A stretch of DNA of 64,000 bases from Rhodobacterales bacterium (GTDB lineage: Bacteria; Pseudomonadota; Alphaproteobacteria; Rhodobacterales; CAZPXZ01), in the NCBI GenBank assembly GCA_965222665.1, contig CBDCUM010000007.1, positions 22,058 to 86,057 of the forward strand, read 5' to 3'. The first letter of the stretch is position 1. Each line of letters starts with the position of its first letter. The notes beneath the pieces are model-generated. The model saw only the letters and a list, made by a program, of their open reading frames with translations, did no database searches and was not told the DNA's origin. This document shows positions 21,297 through 32,294 of this stretch, piece after piece. Made by a program: the position numbers and the translations under genes.

Positions 21297-22468
21297 ATGC
21301 CCCTCCCATTCCCACGGATCCGAGCCGCAGACTACAGCATATTATTTTCCAATTCAAGTAAAATTCATAGAGGAACACGACGCGTGATCTGCCACTGGCG
21401 CAAGGCGCCCTGTCCATGTCTTGCCGTGGGACCGGCCCGTCGGCGGGCTCGGCGGCGGTCCGGCCCGGGCTGAACGAGTTGCCGGTCGCGGCGGATGAAC
21501 CGCAAGGCTCGAGGGCCCGGTTCCAGGCGCCGCGGGCCGCGTGAATCCCTCTCGCGGGCCGCATTCAACCGGGGCCGCACATGCCAGGCAGTTTCCGGGG
21601 CGGCGATCGGTGCCTGCTTGGCACGGGACCGGATGCTGCGGAATTCGAATGCGGTCGAATCTTCGCGGACCCGTCCGGGCAATCACGTCCTCGCTCGGAA
21701 TGCCGAATCGGGGTGCCGCATCGCGACGATCCATACGACCGCGCAACGGGTTCAATCCGGTGGCAGGGGCGCTTCCGTCCCGACGATCGTTTTCGATCTG
21801 CGGGCTTAGGGCCGTATGGCCGCAGCGGCAGATGACCCGGCCAGTTTTCCGAACACCGCGCCGCGGGTCAGTCCCGAGCCGGCCGGGCAGTTGAACCAGA
21901 ACAGGCCGCCGACCAGTTCGCCAGCCGCGTACAGACCCGGAATCGGTTCGAGATCGGTATCGAGCACCCGTACACTTGCCGGATAGAGACGCAGTCCCCC
22001 GAACGTGAAGGTGAGACCGCAGCCAACCTGGTAGGCCTCGAAGGGCGGCACGCTGATCGTGTTGGCCCAATTGGTCTTCGGCAGTGCCAGGCCCTGCGTT
22101 CCGCGCCCGTCCTTCGCCGTCGGATCGAAGCGCGTGCCGATATCGACCGCGGCGTTGTACGCGGCGATCTCCGCCAGGAATCCGTTGCGATCAACGCCAT
22201 CGAGCCGGTCCGCAAGATCTTCGAGCGTGTCGGCGGTCACTCTCGTCGCCCGGCGAATGCGGTACTCGGCGCGAAGCAGGTGGCTGACTTGCGCATCGAA
22301 GACCTGCCAGGCGAAAGCGTGGGGCTGTTCCAGAATCACGCGCCCGTACCGGGCATGGGTGTAGCTGCGGAAGTCCGCGCCTTCGTCCACGAAGCGCCGG
22401 CCAGTGGCGTTCACCATGACGCCCCAGGGGTAGCTGTGTTTCTGGAAAGCATCGCCAACCGCGAGATC

Positions 22469-22495
22469 CCCGCACTCCCCGCACTCCCCGCACTC
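22469..22495 (-). repeat. 9-bp perfect tandem repeat x3 inside tcuA (cccgcactc on the plus strand; encodes ECGECGECG)
   Basis: Read directly from the sequence. From memory, TcuA homologs have a single E-F-G at this position. Confidence 0.85.
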
Positions 22496-22573
22496 CGGCG
22501 CGTTGAAGTCCCACCCGACCGCATGGCATCCCGACCAGTTTCCGAAGGATGCCGCACCGATCTCAAGCGCCAT

Positions 22574-22866
22574 TCGGACAGGGACTTATATACGATAGTG
22601 CCGAGGCCCCATCGTATCCCTTTCGCGGGTCATGGAGGTTGGCAGCCCAAACGCCTCTCGCCGTGCAGTCGTGCCAGTCCCCGACGCCCGGATGTTGCGT
22701 GCCGCATTCAGGTCCGCGTTCTGCGCGTGGCCGCAGGCCACGCACTTGAATTCGCTCCGTGAGCGGCGCAAATCGGCGGCAACCGGCGACAGTACGCATG
22801 GTAGTTTTCGAAAAGGCCGATATCAATCGATTGAAAACTCTTCGGCACTATTGCATATGATCCCCT
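22574..22866 (-). mobile_element. remnant of an IS200/IS605-family element: last ~45 codons of tnpB plus right end
   Basis: The minus strand reads ..RSRSEFKCVACGHAQNADLNAARNIRASGTGTTARREAFGLPTSMTRE, the TnpB zinc-ribbon/RuvC-III C-terminus. A subterminal hairpin TACGAT..ATCGTA lies at about 22588-22620. It sits precisely between TcuA residues ..GDGIR and MALEIGA. Confidence 0.65.
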
Positions 22867-24928
22867 TCGGATACCGTCGCCGGTGTTGAACCGGCTTCCG
22901 CGCACCTTTGCCAGTTCTCAGCCGGGGCCGAGATAGCGGGTGCGCCACTCCGGATTGGCCTGGAACCCTCAGGCGGCGAGAATCACCGCTCCCGACTTCA
23001 CGGCCTCGATGCGGACTGCCTCCCCGACACTTCGGTTCGGGCCCTGCTTGAAGCGTACCCCGTGCACTGCATGACCGTCATGGAGCAGGTCGACAACCCG
23101 TGCGCCGTAGAGAATGTCGATACCCATTTCCCGCGCGATCCGGGTGTGGCTGTCCACCAGGCCGGGCCCGCCGCCCCAGGCCTCGAGAGTCACAGTCCGC
23201 CCCAGAAGCGGAACCGGCCGTCGACCTTGAACGCCTGCCGCCCGTAGATGGGCATGAAGCGAATGCCCTTGCCGCGAAGCCACTGCATGGTTCCACGCGA
23301 TTTCGTGACCGGACCCTCGCACAGAGCCGGATCCGTGCGGCAGCGGGTCAGCCGTATCATGTCCTCGTAGAACTGATCGATCGGATAGTGCCCGAAATCC
23401 GTGTTCGCGATCTCCTCTTCCGTCAGATCGGGGCACAGGGCGCTGATGTCCTCCAACCCGTCATAGACGAAGCGGAACGCCCCCGCCGTAAACCGGGGGT
23501 TGCCGCCATTCTCCGCCACGGGGGCCCGTTCCAGCAAGAGTACCGACGCGCCAGCCTCGCGCGCTGCCAGTGCCGCGCAAAATGCGGCGTTCCCCGCACC
23601 GACGACGATGATGTCATGGGCAGCCATCAGGGCACGGTTGCCCGGAACCGGTCCCTGCGACGCGCGCCGACAGCGCTTCGAACCGTCGATGCGTGGAGCA
23701 TGCCAGTTCTGTCCGATGCGATCGGCTCACGGGTGGCCACGGCCGACTTCGGGAGCCCGACCACGGTTCCCCCGCACGTCGAAATGCTCCGCCAGCATCG
23801 TTCCCCTCGGTCCCGTCCGCGCAAACGTCTGCATGCCACAGCGCGGGACGCCACGGCGCAGTGGCCTGCCAGCTTCTGGCCAACCATGGCGGGAAATTCA
23901 AGATTCTCGCTCTGGAACACAGGATGCGCCATTTTGCACGACACCTCGTTTCCCTCCGGAATCGCCGAGGGATGGCACGGCACCGAAGGATTGCTTGGCG
24001 TCCTCGCGCCTGATGGTGCCCACTTCCCACTGCCGCGCACCGTACCAGAGTGCCCACCGCAGGCAATCCTGACGCTCGTCACGGGAGATTCGGAATTCCA
24101 GGAGCCCAAACGCTTCCGTTTCGGGCCGCCAGGAGGGCAAATGGAGAACTTGGACCCAAATCTGCAATCCCGGACATGGCGGTGAAGCTTTCTTGGCCGA
24201 ACGAGCGTGCAGTCAGGCGGAGCCGGTGGTGCGAACGCAGGCGAGCCATGCTCGCACTCGACTTCGGCCGTTGAACCACGTCCGAGGAAATCTGCGAGAA
24301 CTCCGCCCCGCGCCGGCACAACCACGCCGCCCGACGATGGAGGGCAGACAGTGCTCGGAAGCCGCAGTCGCCTCCGCCAGGTATGGATGCACCCCGCAGA
24401 AGTCCGTCAGACGGGCAGAAGTCGGCTGCCGGCGGGGATCCGCACACGGAATCGTGTATAGGGCTCCCTGCAACCCGCCAGACTTGTCCGCCAGCATCGC
24501 AGCACGCACCCTCACCGCGCGTTCCCGCCGCGGGAGGGCCGCGCCCGGCCGGCACTGCCGCTCACCGATGTTCGCGCCTCGCCCTGGCGAAGCGGCCCAA
24601 GGCCGTTCGGCTCCGGCCGCCTCGCGACAGAAGTGCCGGAAGGCGGTTTCGGAACCCGGTTGTGAAACGGGCGAAACCAGTGACGCCGGAGGCAACGCTG
24701 AATCGCCCTCCCCCGGCTCCGACGTACCCGGGCCGGCAGGAACGGCCGGAATCGGCACCAGACCAGGACAGATTCGCATCCACGGGTCTGCCGATCACTG
24801 CATCCGGTGGTGGAGCGGATCGTGCGAATTGGCATTTCGCGCGCGTTGGCTATATGTCACGAAATTGCGCCTGTGGGCAGGCAATGACATGCGCTCCCAT
24901 GGGTGGCAGGACCAGGAGGCACGCTTTG

Positions 24929-25855
24929 ATGCCTGACGTGATCATTACCGAATTCATGGACAGTGCCGCCGTCGAGCGGTCGACGGCTGCATTCGAGACT
25001 CTCTACGCACCGTCCCTGGTGGATGACCCGGAGCGCCTGGCAGCGCTGATTCCCGAGGCCCGCGCACTCCTGGTCCGAAACCGGACGCAGGTCGGGGGCT
25101 CGCTGCTTGCACGAGCCCGCTGCCTTTCCTGCGTCGGACGACTCGGCGTCGGACTCGACAACATCGACGTGGAGGAATGCCGGCAGCGCGGAATTGCCGT
25201 TTACCCCGCGACCGGCGCCAACAGCGCCACGGTTGCGGAATACGTGCTGACTGCCGCGCTCGTGCTTCTCCGGGGCGCCTGGCATCGCTCGGCAGAAGTC
25301 GCGGCCGGCACCTGGCCACGTGAAGCGATGATCGGACGCGAAATCGGCGGCAAGACGCTCGGGCTCATCGGATACGGCGGCGTTGCCCGCGAGGTGGCAT
25401 CCCGGGCCCGGGCGCTCGGCATGGTCATCATTGCGGCCGACCCCTATCTCCACGACAGCCATCCGGCCTGGGAAGGCGGCGCCGGGCGACACAACATCGA
25501 TACAGTCTTCCGCAAGGCGGATGTGGTCAGCCTGCACGTGCCGCTCACATCCGAAACAAGCGGACTCGCCGATGCGCGGCGGCTTTCCCTCATGCGACCG
25601 GGCGCGATCCTGATCAACACGGCCCGCGGCGGGATAGTGGATGAGAATGCGCTGGCGAACGCTCTGGCATCCGGACGGATTGCCGGGGCAGCCTTGGACG
25701 TCTTCGAGCGCGAGCCCCTTACCCGGGAGGCCGGCGCGCATTTCGCCGGGCTGAACGTGCTCCTGACGCCGCATATCGCTGGTGTCACCGAAGAATCCAA
25801 TATCCGGGTCAGCGAACTGGTCGCAAACCGCGTTCTGGCGCATCTCGGAACCTGA
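24929..25855 (+). CDS. D-isomer-specific 2-hydroxyacid dehydrogenase (PGDH-like), NAD-binding
   Basis: MPDVIITEFMD..; GKTLGLIGYGGVAREVA; LHVPLTSETSGL; LINTARGGIVDE; LTPHIAGVT. ATG 24929 lies inside track ORF 24383..25855. Confidence 0.88.
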   Translation: MPDVIITEFMDSAAVERSTAAFETLYAPSLVDDPERLAALIPEARALLVRNRTQVGGSLLARARCLSCVGRLGVGLDNIDVEECRQRGIAVYPATGANSATVAEYVLTAALVLLRGAWHRSAEVAAGTWPREAMIGREIGGKTLGLIGYGGVAREVASRARALGMVIIAADPYLHDSHPAWEGGAGRHNIDTVFRKADVVSLHVPLTSETSGLADARRLSLMRPGAILINTARGGIVDENALANALASGRIAGAALDVFEREPLTREAGAHFAGLNVLLTPHIAGVTEESNIRVSELVANRVLAHLGT

Positions 25856-25967
25856 TTGGCGCCACCGGGCGCACGCCGCAGCCAGCCTGCGCGACTCAGC
25901 GCAAGCGCGGGGCAATTCGCGGGGGAATGATCCCCACCGGCGCAGCGGCCGATCCGGGCCCTCCGGC

Positions 25968-27446
25968 TCAGTCCAGGGCAGTCAGGGTGCGGCGGACGGC
26001 GTCCTGCCAGCTTGCGTAGAGTTCCGTGCGCTCGTCTTCGCCCATCCGCGGCTCGAAGCGCTGCTCCAGCGCCCAGCTCTCCGCGAATTCCTCCGGGCCG
26101 GGACAGATCCCGGTTTTCATTCCCGCGAGCCAGGCCGCGCCGACAGCCGTCGTCTCCAGCACGGCCGGCCGGTCCACCGGTGCGCCCAGGATGTCCGCCA
26201 GGAATTGCATCGTCCAGTCGGAAGCGGTCATCCCGCCATCGACCCGAAGCACCGTGTCCCCCGCCCCGGACCAGTCCCGCCGCATCGCCTCGACGAGATC
26301 GCGCGTCTGGTATCCAACGCTTTGCAGCGCCGCGGACGCAAACTCGGCTGGCCCCGTCGCCCTGGTCAGCCCGTAGACCGCTCCCCGGCACTCGGCATCC
26401 CAGTAGGGAGCGCCAAGGCCGACGAAAGCGGGCACGAGGACAACACCGCTGCCGAAACCGGACTCCGCAGCCAGGCGGCCGGATTCCGCCGCGTCGCCGA
26501 TCAGCCCCAGCCCGTCGCGCAGCCACTGCACGACGGCGCCGGCCACGAAAATCGACCCCTCGAGCGCATACGTGGTCTTGCCATCCAGCTGGTAGGCGAC
26601 GGTCGTGAGGAGCCGGTTGGCCGAGGTCACGGGCTCGCTTCCCGTGTTCAGGAGCGCGAAGCACCCGGTCCCGTAGGTGGATTTCATCATTCCCGGCCGA
26701 AAGCAGGCCTGGCCGATGGCCGCCGCCTGCTGGTCGCCGGCAATGCCGCGGATCGGAACCGCACTGCCAAGCAGAGCCGGCGATGTCGCTCCGAATTCCG
26801 CAGCACTATCGCGCACCTCGGGCAGCATGCCTTGCGGCACCCGGAACAACCTGCACAACTCGGAGTCCCAGTTGCCGGAGTGAATGTTGTAGAGCATGGT
26901 CCGCGACGCGTTCGTCGCGTCGGTCGCATGCACGGCCCCGTCCGTCAGCCGCCAGAGCAACCAGCTGTCCACGGTGCCCGCAAGAAGCTTCCCGCTCTCG
27001 GCCGCCTCACGCGCCCCGTCGACTCGATCCAGCATCCAGGGGAACTTGGTCGCCGAGAAATAGGGATCGAGCAGGAGGCCCGTTCGCTCCGCGACCATCG
27101 CCTCGCAGCCCTCCTTCTTCAACTGGCCGCAGACGCCGGAGGTTCGCCGGTCCTGCCAGACGATCGCCGGGTGGATGGGCCGTCCCGTGTCCCGCTCCCA
27201 GATGACCGCGGTTTCGCGCTGATTCGTGACTCCGATGGCAGCCGGCGTGGCGCCCCTGGCTGCTTCCCGGCAGGTCTCCACTGTTGTCCGCCACAGATCC
27301 TCCGGGTCATGCTCGACCCAGCCGGATTGCGGGAAGTGCTGCGGGAATTCCTGCTGCGACCGGGCGACCGGAAGCAGGTCCGGCCCGAACAGGATTGCCC
27401 TGGTCGAGGTTGTGCCCTGGTCGATTGCCAGAATCCGGTCAGTCAT
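25968..27446 (-). CDS. glpK: glycerol kinase
   Basis: [84 protein letters not shown] 27446 follows GGAGGG. The 1039-aa track ORF is upstream read-through. Confidence 0.95.
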   Translation of the reverse strand: MTDRILAIDQGTTSTRAILFGPDLLPVARSQQEFPQHFPQSGWVEHDPEDLWRTTVETCREAARGATPAAIGVTNQRETAVIWERDTGRPIHPAIVWQDRRTSGVCGQLKKEGCEAMVAERTGLLLDPYFSATKFPWMLDRVDGAREAAESGKLLAGTVDSWLLWRLTDGAVHATDATNASRTMLYNIHSGNWDSELCRLFRVPQGMLPEVRDSAAEFGATSPALLGSAVPIRGIAGDQQAAAIGQACFRPGMMKSTYGTGCFALLNTGSEPVTSANRLLTTVAYQLDGKTTYALEGSIFVAGAVVQWLRDGLGLIGDAAESGRLAAESGFGSGVVLVPAFVGLGAPYWDAECRGAVYGLTRATGPAEFASAALQSVGYQTRDLVEAMRRDWSGAGDTVLRVDGGMTASDWTMQFLADILGAPVDRPAVLETTAVGAAWLAGMKTGICPGPEEFAESWALEQRFEPRMGEDERTELYASWQDAVRRTLTALD

Positions 27447-28172
27447 GGCGTCCCTCCAGCTTTCTCGGGGCCATTCCGTGCGATCCATGCCGGCGTACAT
27501 GCCTGCGGCCCCCTGCCGCTGCCGGCCGCGAACCGCCGGACCAACTCCCATCGCCGCGGACGGCCGCCCCGAATGCGGGCAAGCGCCCGCCACAGTCCAA
27601 TAGCTTGGATCGCGCCCGCGTTCCAGCGCCCGACCCGCGCATCGCGGATCGCCACGGGCCTGCGGCCTCCGGTCGACACGGAATCCGGACCGGCCCAGCC
27701 GTGGCCTCCCGACGCATTCGTTTCCCCTCGAATCCCTCGGCCGCCAGACCCGTTGCCCACACCTGCAGCAGATTTCACGGCAGCCTCCGTCAACGCGCCA
27801 GAGCCCGGCACGAGCGGAAGGACGGACAAGCGCTGACAACCACCCGGGCTCCGAGAGCCGCGCGTGGATTCTCCGGGAGCGTACCTCCCCGCCGATCCGG
27901 CACCAAGCCGGATCGCCCCCGATGAACAGCGCCTTGCATTGCCCTGGAAGATCGAGGACCACGCTGAATCTGCAGGCCGTATGCCAGTGGCCCCGAAGCC
28001 CGGCCGCACGGGAGTTCAGCCTCACGGAACCGTGCTGCCAAGGGCTTCCGCGCGGTAAGTGTTCGTTCAGCACGTGACGGCTGGTTTTTCTTTTCGCGTG
28101 ATTCGTTAAGGGCTGGCAACTTTGCTCATCATGCGCTAACACGGGAGGCATGTTGAGGAAAGATTGTATTTG

Positions 28173-30038
28173 ATGATGGCGGCGGGCCCGGTTTTGGATC
28201 TGGTCGCGGACGACTCTGCGGTTGCTTGTCCGTCTGGCGCTCCGGAGGCTTGGCGGCGGCTTCACGAGGAAGAGAAGCGCCGCGCGGATACTGCGGACGG
28301 GCGTACCGAACGGCTCCAACGGGAGAAGGTTCAGGCGCACTGCGAGGCGCAGTACTGGAAAGCGCAGTGGGGTCGGGCCCGGAACGCGCTCGAGGCGGTG
28401 CGGGCGGAAGCGAAGGACTTGCGCGGTGTGTCCGGGGATGCGTTGCATCTGCGCTCGGAGGTCGTTCGTCTTGAGACCCTTCTTGCCGACATCGGCGTTG
28501 ACACGCGCAAGCGCAGCACGATCGCGTCCCTGCGGATCGAGAACGGCCGGCTGCAGACCGGGAGTGAAGCCCTGCGCAAGCAGCTGCAGGAGGTCGAGAG
28601 CGAGCGTGACGACCTGCGCTCGCAGATTGAGACCCTGTCGCGCGCGCAGTTCGGTCGCAAGAGCGAACAGGGCCGCAAGACGAGGCCGGAGCACAAGGGG
28701 AAGACCGGCGGCAAGCGCGGCCCACGGCCTGGCGGCGAGACCCACGGGCGCACACCGCGGCCCGAACTGGCCCGCAAGAAAGAGGTTCACGACCCGCCGC
28801 CCGAGGCGTTGGACTGTCCGTGCTGCGGCGCGCCCCGGGTGGCCAACGGATCGCACACATCGGACTTGATCGAAGTCGCGGTCAAGGCTCATGTGCGGGT
28901 CATCGACCGGACCCGCTGGCGCAAGACCTGCCAGTGTTCTGACACGCCTGAAGAGGTGTCGGCCCCACCCGTGCCGCGCCTGTTTCCGGGAACCGCGTTC
29001 GGTATCAGTGTCTGGACGCGGCTGCTGTTCGAGCTTTGCGTCGCCAACCGTCCCTTGCGGCGGGTCGCGGCGTGGTTTGAGGCGCAAGGCCTGTCGATCT
29101 CACCGGGAACGCTTTCGGACGGGCTGGGTCGGATGGCGGTGTTGTTTGCGCCGCTGTCGGCGGCGATCCTTGAGCATCTCCAACAGGCGCCGGTGGTCCA
29201 CGCCGACGAGACCGGCTGGCGGGTCCGGGAGTTCGCCGCGACGGGCTCGTCCAGCCGCGCCTGGCTATGGATCGCGACCTGCGTGGATGCAGTGTATCTG
29301 CATGTCGATGCATCGCGCAGCGCGGCGGCGGCCGCGACCTTGCTCGGAGGGCTGCGCAAGGGCGTGATCCTGGTATGCGATCGCTATAGCGCCTACAAGA
29401 AGCTGGCCCGCCTGGCGGCGGGCCAGCTGGTCTTGGCATTCTGCTGGGCCCATGTCAGGAGGGATTTCATCAAGGCGGCGGCGGCGCGTGGCGACCTTGA
29501 TGACTGGAAGGACCAATGGCTGGCCCGGATCCGGCGCCTGTACAGGTTGAACGCGCAGCGCTTGCGATTTCACGATCCCGGCAGGCCGCCTGACAGGAGG
29601 TATCTGAGGATGCACTTCCGTCTGTCCCGCGTCCTCGGGGAGGTCTTCATGGAGGCGGAACGGGAGCTTGCCACCGTTGATGATGCGTCGCCGCAGGGGA
29701 AGGTGTTGCAGTCTCTGCTGCGTCATCGCCGGGGGCTGTCCCGGTTCCTCGACGATCCCCGGGTTCCGCTCGACAACAATCTCGCTGAACGCCGCTTCCG
29801 CCTTGAGGTCATCCGCCGGAAGCTGTCGCTGGGCTCGGACAGCAAGGCCGGCGCAGAGGGCATGGCGACGATGCTTACGGTGGTCCGCACGCTTGAGGTC
29901 AACGACGTTGCGGTTTTGCCGTGGCTTGAGGCGTGGCTGTCTGCCTGTGCCGCCAATGGTGGCCGCCCGCCGGAAGATCTCGGCCCGTGGCTGCCCTGGA
30001 CGATGAACGAGGCGCGCCGGGCAGAGTTTCGCGCGTGA
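28173..30038 (+). CDS. IS66-family transposase (TnpC-type), no tnpA/tnpB companions
   Basis: Coiled-coil N-terminus, zinc-finger CPCCGAP..., then [73 protein letters not shown]. Probable ATG 28173 follows GAGGAAAG. Confidence 0.88.
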   Translation: MMAAGPVLDLVADDSAVACPSGAPEAWRRLHEEEKRRADTADGRTERLQREKVQAHCEAQYWKAQWGRARNALEAVRAEAKDLRGVSGDALHLRSEVVRLETLLADIGVDTRKRSTIASLRIENGRLQTGSEALRKQLQEVESERDDLRSQIETLSRAQFGRKSEQGRKTRPEHKGKTGGKRGPRPGGETHGRTPRPELARKKEVHDPPPEALDCPCCGAPRVANGSHTSDLIEVAVKAHVRVIDRTRWRKTCQCSDTPEEVSAPPVPRLFPGTAFGISVWTRLLFELCVANRPLRRVAAWFEAQGLSISPGTLSDGLGRMAVLFAPLSAAILEHLQQAPVVHADETGWRVREFAATGSSSRAWLWIATCVDAVYLHVDASRSAAAAATLLGGLRKGVILVCDRYSAYKKLARLAAGQLVLAFCWAHVRRDFIKAAAARGDLDDWKDQWLARIRRLYRLNAQRLRFHDPGRPPDRRYLRMHFRLSRVLGEVFMEAERELATVDDASPQGKVLQSLLRHRRGLSRFLDDPRVPLDNNLAERRFRLEVIRRKLSLGSDSKAGAEGMATMLTVVRTLEVNDVAVLPWLEAWLSACAANGGRPPEDLGPWLPWTMNEARRAEFRA

Positions 30039-30919
30039 GCGCGGCACCGACATGCCGCTATGCGGGGCGCGACTTCACCGAGGTCGAGATCGCGCTGATC
30101 CGGGATCTGATTGCCGAGGATCCGAAGCTGACCCGAGCTCACCTGTCGCGGGCGTTCTGCCGCCGGGTCGGCTGGGTCAAGCCCGACGGCGGGTTGCGGG
30201 ACATGATGGCGCGTTGCGCGCTGCTGGCGATGCATCGCGACGGGCTGATCGTCCTGCCGCCACCACGACGCCCGCGCCATGCGCCCAGACCGGTCGTCTT
30301 CGGGCCGGAGAGCGAACCACCGCTGCCGCCGCCGCCCGCGACCATCGAGGCGGTGCGGCCGCTCAGCCTCGTCCCCGTCCTCGACCGGACCAGCCACAAC
30401 GCCCTACTGTGGAAGCAGTTTATCGCCCGCTACCATTATCTCGGATACAAGCCGATGGCCGGTGCCCAGATGCGCTATACCGTGGTCGACCGCCACGGCG
30501 CCTCGCTCGCCATGATCGGCATGGCAGCAGCAGCCTGGAAGACCGCGCCGCGAGACCACGCCATCGGATGGAGCCCGGAGACCCGGGCGCGCAATCTCCA
30601 TCTCGTGGTCAATCAGTCCCGCCTGCTTCTACTGCCCTGGATCGTCATCCCAAACCTCGGATCCCACATCCTGTCGATGCTGCGCCGACAACTGCCCGGC
30701 GACTGGACCCAACGCTATAATGTCGAGCCCGTCCTGATGGAAACATTCGTCGAAACACCGCGCTTTGCCGGCACAATCTACAAGGCCGCAAACTGGACCT
30801 GTATCGGCACCACCAGCGGACGCGGACGCTACGACACAAAACATGAATGCGCCCTCACTAAAAAAAACATCTGGCTGCAGCCGCTACGCAGAGACTGGAA
30901 GCGCAGACTCAACGAATGA
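30035..30919 (+). CDS. DUF4338 (DruA-like) domain protein, encoded inside the IS66-family element
   Basis: GTG 30035 overlaps the transposase TGA (GTGA). Blocks YHYLGYKPMAGAQMRYTV, RDHAIGWSPETR, LVVNQSRLLLLPWIVIPNLGSHIL, VLMETFVETPRFAGTIYKAANWTCIGTTSGRGRYD. Confidence 0.8.
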   Translation: MSAAPTCRYAGRDFTEVEIALIRDLIAEDPKLTRAHLSRAFCRRVGWVKPDGGLRDMMARCALLAMHRDGLIVLPPPRRPRHAPRPVVFGPESEPPLPPPPATIEAVRPLSLVPVLDRTSHNALLWKQFIARYHYLGYKPMAGAQMRYTVVDRHGASLAMIGMAAAAWKTAPRDHAIGWSPETRARNLHLVVNQSRLLLLPWIVIPNLGSHILSMLRRQLPGDWTQRYNVEPVLMETFVETPRFAGTIYKAANWTCIGTTSGRGRYDTKHECALTKKNIWLQPLRRDWKRRLNE

Positions 30920-31046
30920 TAGAAATCATCACCTGCTGAACGAACGCTTACTCCGCGCGACCGTCGGGAGAGGCGCCCGCCTGGACGTCAACTCTTTGGC
31001 CCGTGAGATGAAATTCAGATGTCCGGACCTCGGGAGTGAATCGAGC

Positions 31047-32294
31047 TCACCTATTTGAACCCGAAGGGTCCGGATCGGCCGTATTCCCGGGCAGTTCGTA
31101 GATCATCCGGAGGTTGGTGCCTGGGAAGATCGTCCGGGTCAGGTTGAGTTCCTGGAGGAGGCCTGCAGTGGCGTTGTCGCCAGCGTCGCTGGCGGTGCCG
31201 AGGATGCGAATGCGGAGGATGCCGTTGGAGGGCTCCGGGATGATGTCGGCGTCGGATTGGAAGATCGCGCGCAGGTGCCTGCGGGGTCGCTGTGTCTTGC
31301 CCTGTGCCTGTGCGACGACAGGCATCATGCGGGTTTCGGCGCGGTAGGCGATCATGCGGATGACGTCGAGGAGGAGCTTCTCGCCTTCGGGAAGCGCATC
31401 CAGGGCCTGGTGGTCGTCGAGCTCGGCGACGGTGATGTGGCGCTGCGTGTCGCTGCGCTTCTGCTTGAGCGCCTCACGCTCGGCGTCGAGAGCGTCGATC
31501 CGGGCCTGGAGACGTCGGGCGGCTTCGGCGGTCTGGTGAGACTGGGCTCCCTTGGCCAGATCGGCGATCCTGTTGCGCAGGGTGCCGAGGCGTTGCCGGA
31601 AGCGGCTGACATTTCGGTCGATTGCGCGCCAGAGCGGGTTGACGACGCGGGCTTCGGGATCCTGCGGCTCCAGGCCGCGGACCACGAGGGCGTCGAGATT
31701 GAACTCCTCGCGCATATATTTGAAGAAGTTCTCCTGCGACCAGCGGGAGAACAGGGCGCCGGCGATCTGCTCCACGGGCATGCGGGAGTGGGTGGTAATG
31801 AGCGGGACCTGGCGGCCGCTTTCCAGCAGGCGGCGGATCTGGCGGACCTCGGGCCCCTTTTTCAGTTGCACGCGCTTCTCGGCGAGGCGGACGGTGGCGC
31901 TGCGGGTCGTGCCCGGTCCATGGATCGGTACCGCGACACTGCGGAACTCCGCCTCCGGCCAGTCCTCCCCCTTGAAGCCCTTGTGCCAGGTGATCACCGC
32001 AACGCCGCGCCGGGCGAGGCGCTTGAACAGTGCCGGGCTCCAGCCTTCCCGGTCGAAGACCAGCGTCAGGGCGGGCTCGCCGGCATCCGGGGCGGTGAGA
32101 TCCGGCGCCTCCGGGCCCAGCATGCCCAGCTTCTCCAGCGCAGGCAGGATGTCCGCCTCCAGCGCGTGGGTCATGGTCGGATCCAGCGCCTTGTTCAGGC
32201 ACAGGAAGGGCTTGCCGCCAAGCGCGTTGATCCAATAGCTCGTGGACGCGGGCAGGCATAGTTTCTGTCGCGCCACGAAGTGCTTTGGCAATTT
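31047..32294 (-). pseudogene. IS-B transposase, C-terminal part (disrupted by IS-A)
   Basis: LPKHFVARQKLCLPASTSYWINALGGKPF..LVFDREGWSPALFKRL..FSRWSQENFFKYMREEFNLDAL... By eye roughly 85% identical to the IS-A protein. Confidence 0.85.

Larger units (their letters stand above)
21806..23627 (-). pseudogene. tcuA: FAD-dependent tricarballylate dehydrogenase, frameshifted and interrupted by an IS remnant
   Basis: N-terminus MAAHDIIVVGAGNAAFCAALAAREAGASVLLLE..FKVDGRFRFWGGL stops near 23190. The sequence continues in another frame (TLEAWGGGPGLVD..AVILAA), then VRGSRFNTGDGIR, then a 293-bp foreign insert, then MALEIGAASFGNWSGCHAVGW..LYAAGELVGGLF. Confidence 0.75.
28055..30951 (+). mobile_element. 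IS66-family insertion sequence carrying a transposase and a DUF4338 gene, 2897 bp
   Basis: Left IR GTAAGTGTTCGTTCAGCACGTG (28055-) versus right IR reverse complement GTAAGCGTTCGTTCAGCAGGTG (-30951), 20/22 identical. A perfect 8-bp target duplication TCCGCGCG lies at 28047-28054 and 30952-30959. Confidence 0.9.

Noticed and set aside
23630-24900. Possible regulator or enzyme gene upstream of tcuA (- 23627..24325, - 23898..24167, + 23100..24185)
   Set aside because: The protein-like stretches (for example EFRISRDERQDCLRWALWYGARQWE) are spread over different frames. They carry no recognisable motifs and have only moderate third-position GC. I have no confident call here.
25968-29087. 1039-aa ORF suggesting a giant GlpK fusion protein
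   Set aside because: Only the last 492 codons are glycerol kinase, with its own GGAGGG-ATG at 27446. The upstream 547 codons are low-complexity read-through that even crosses the IS66 left end.
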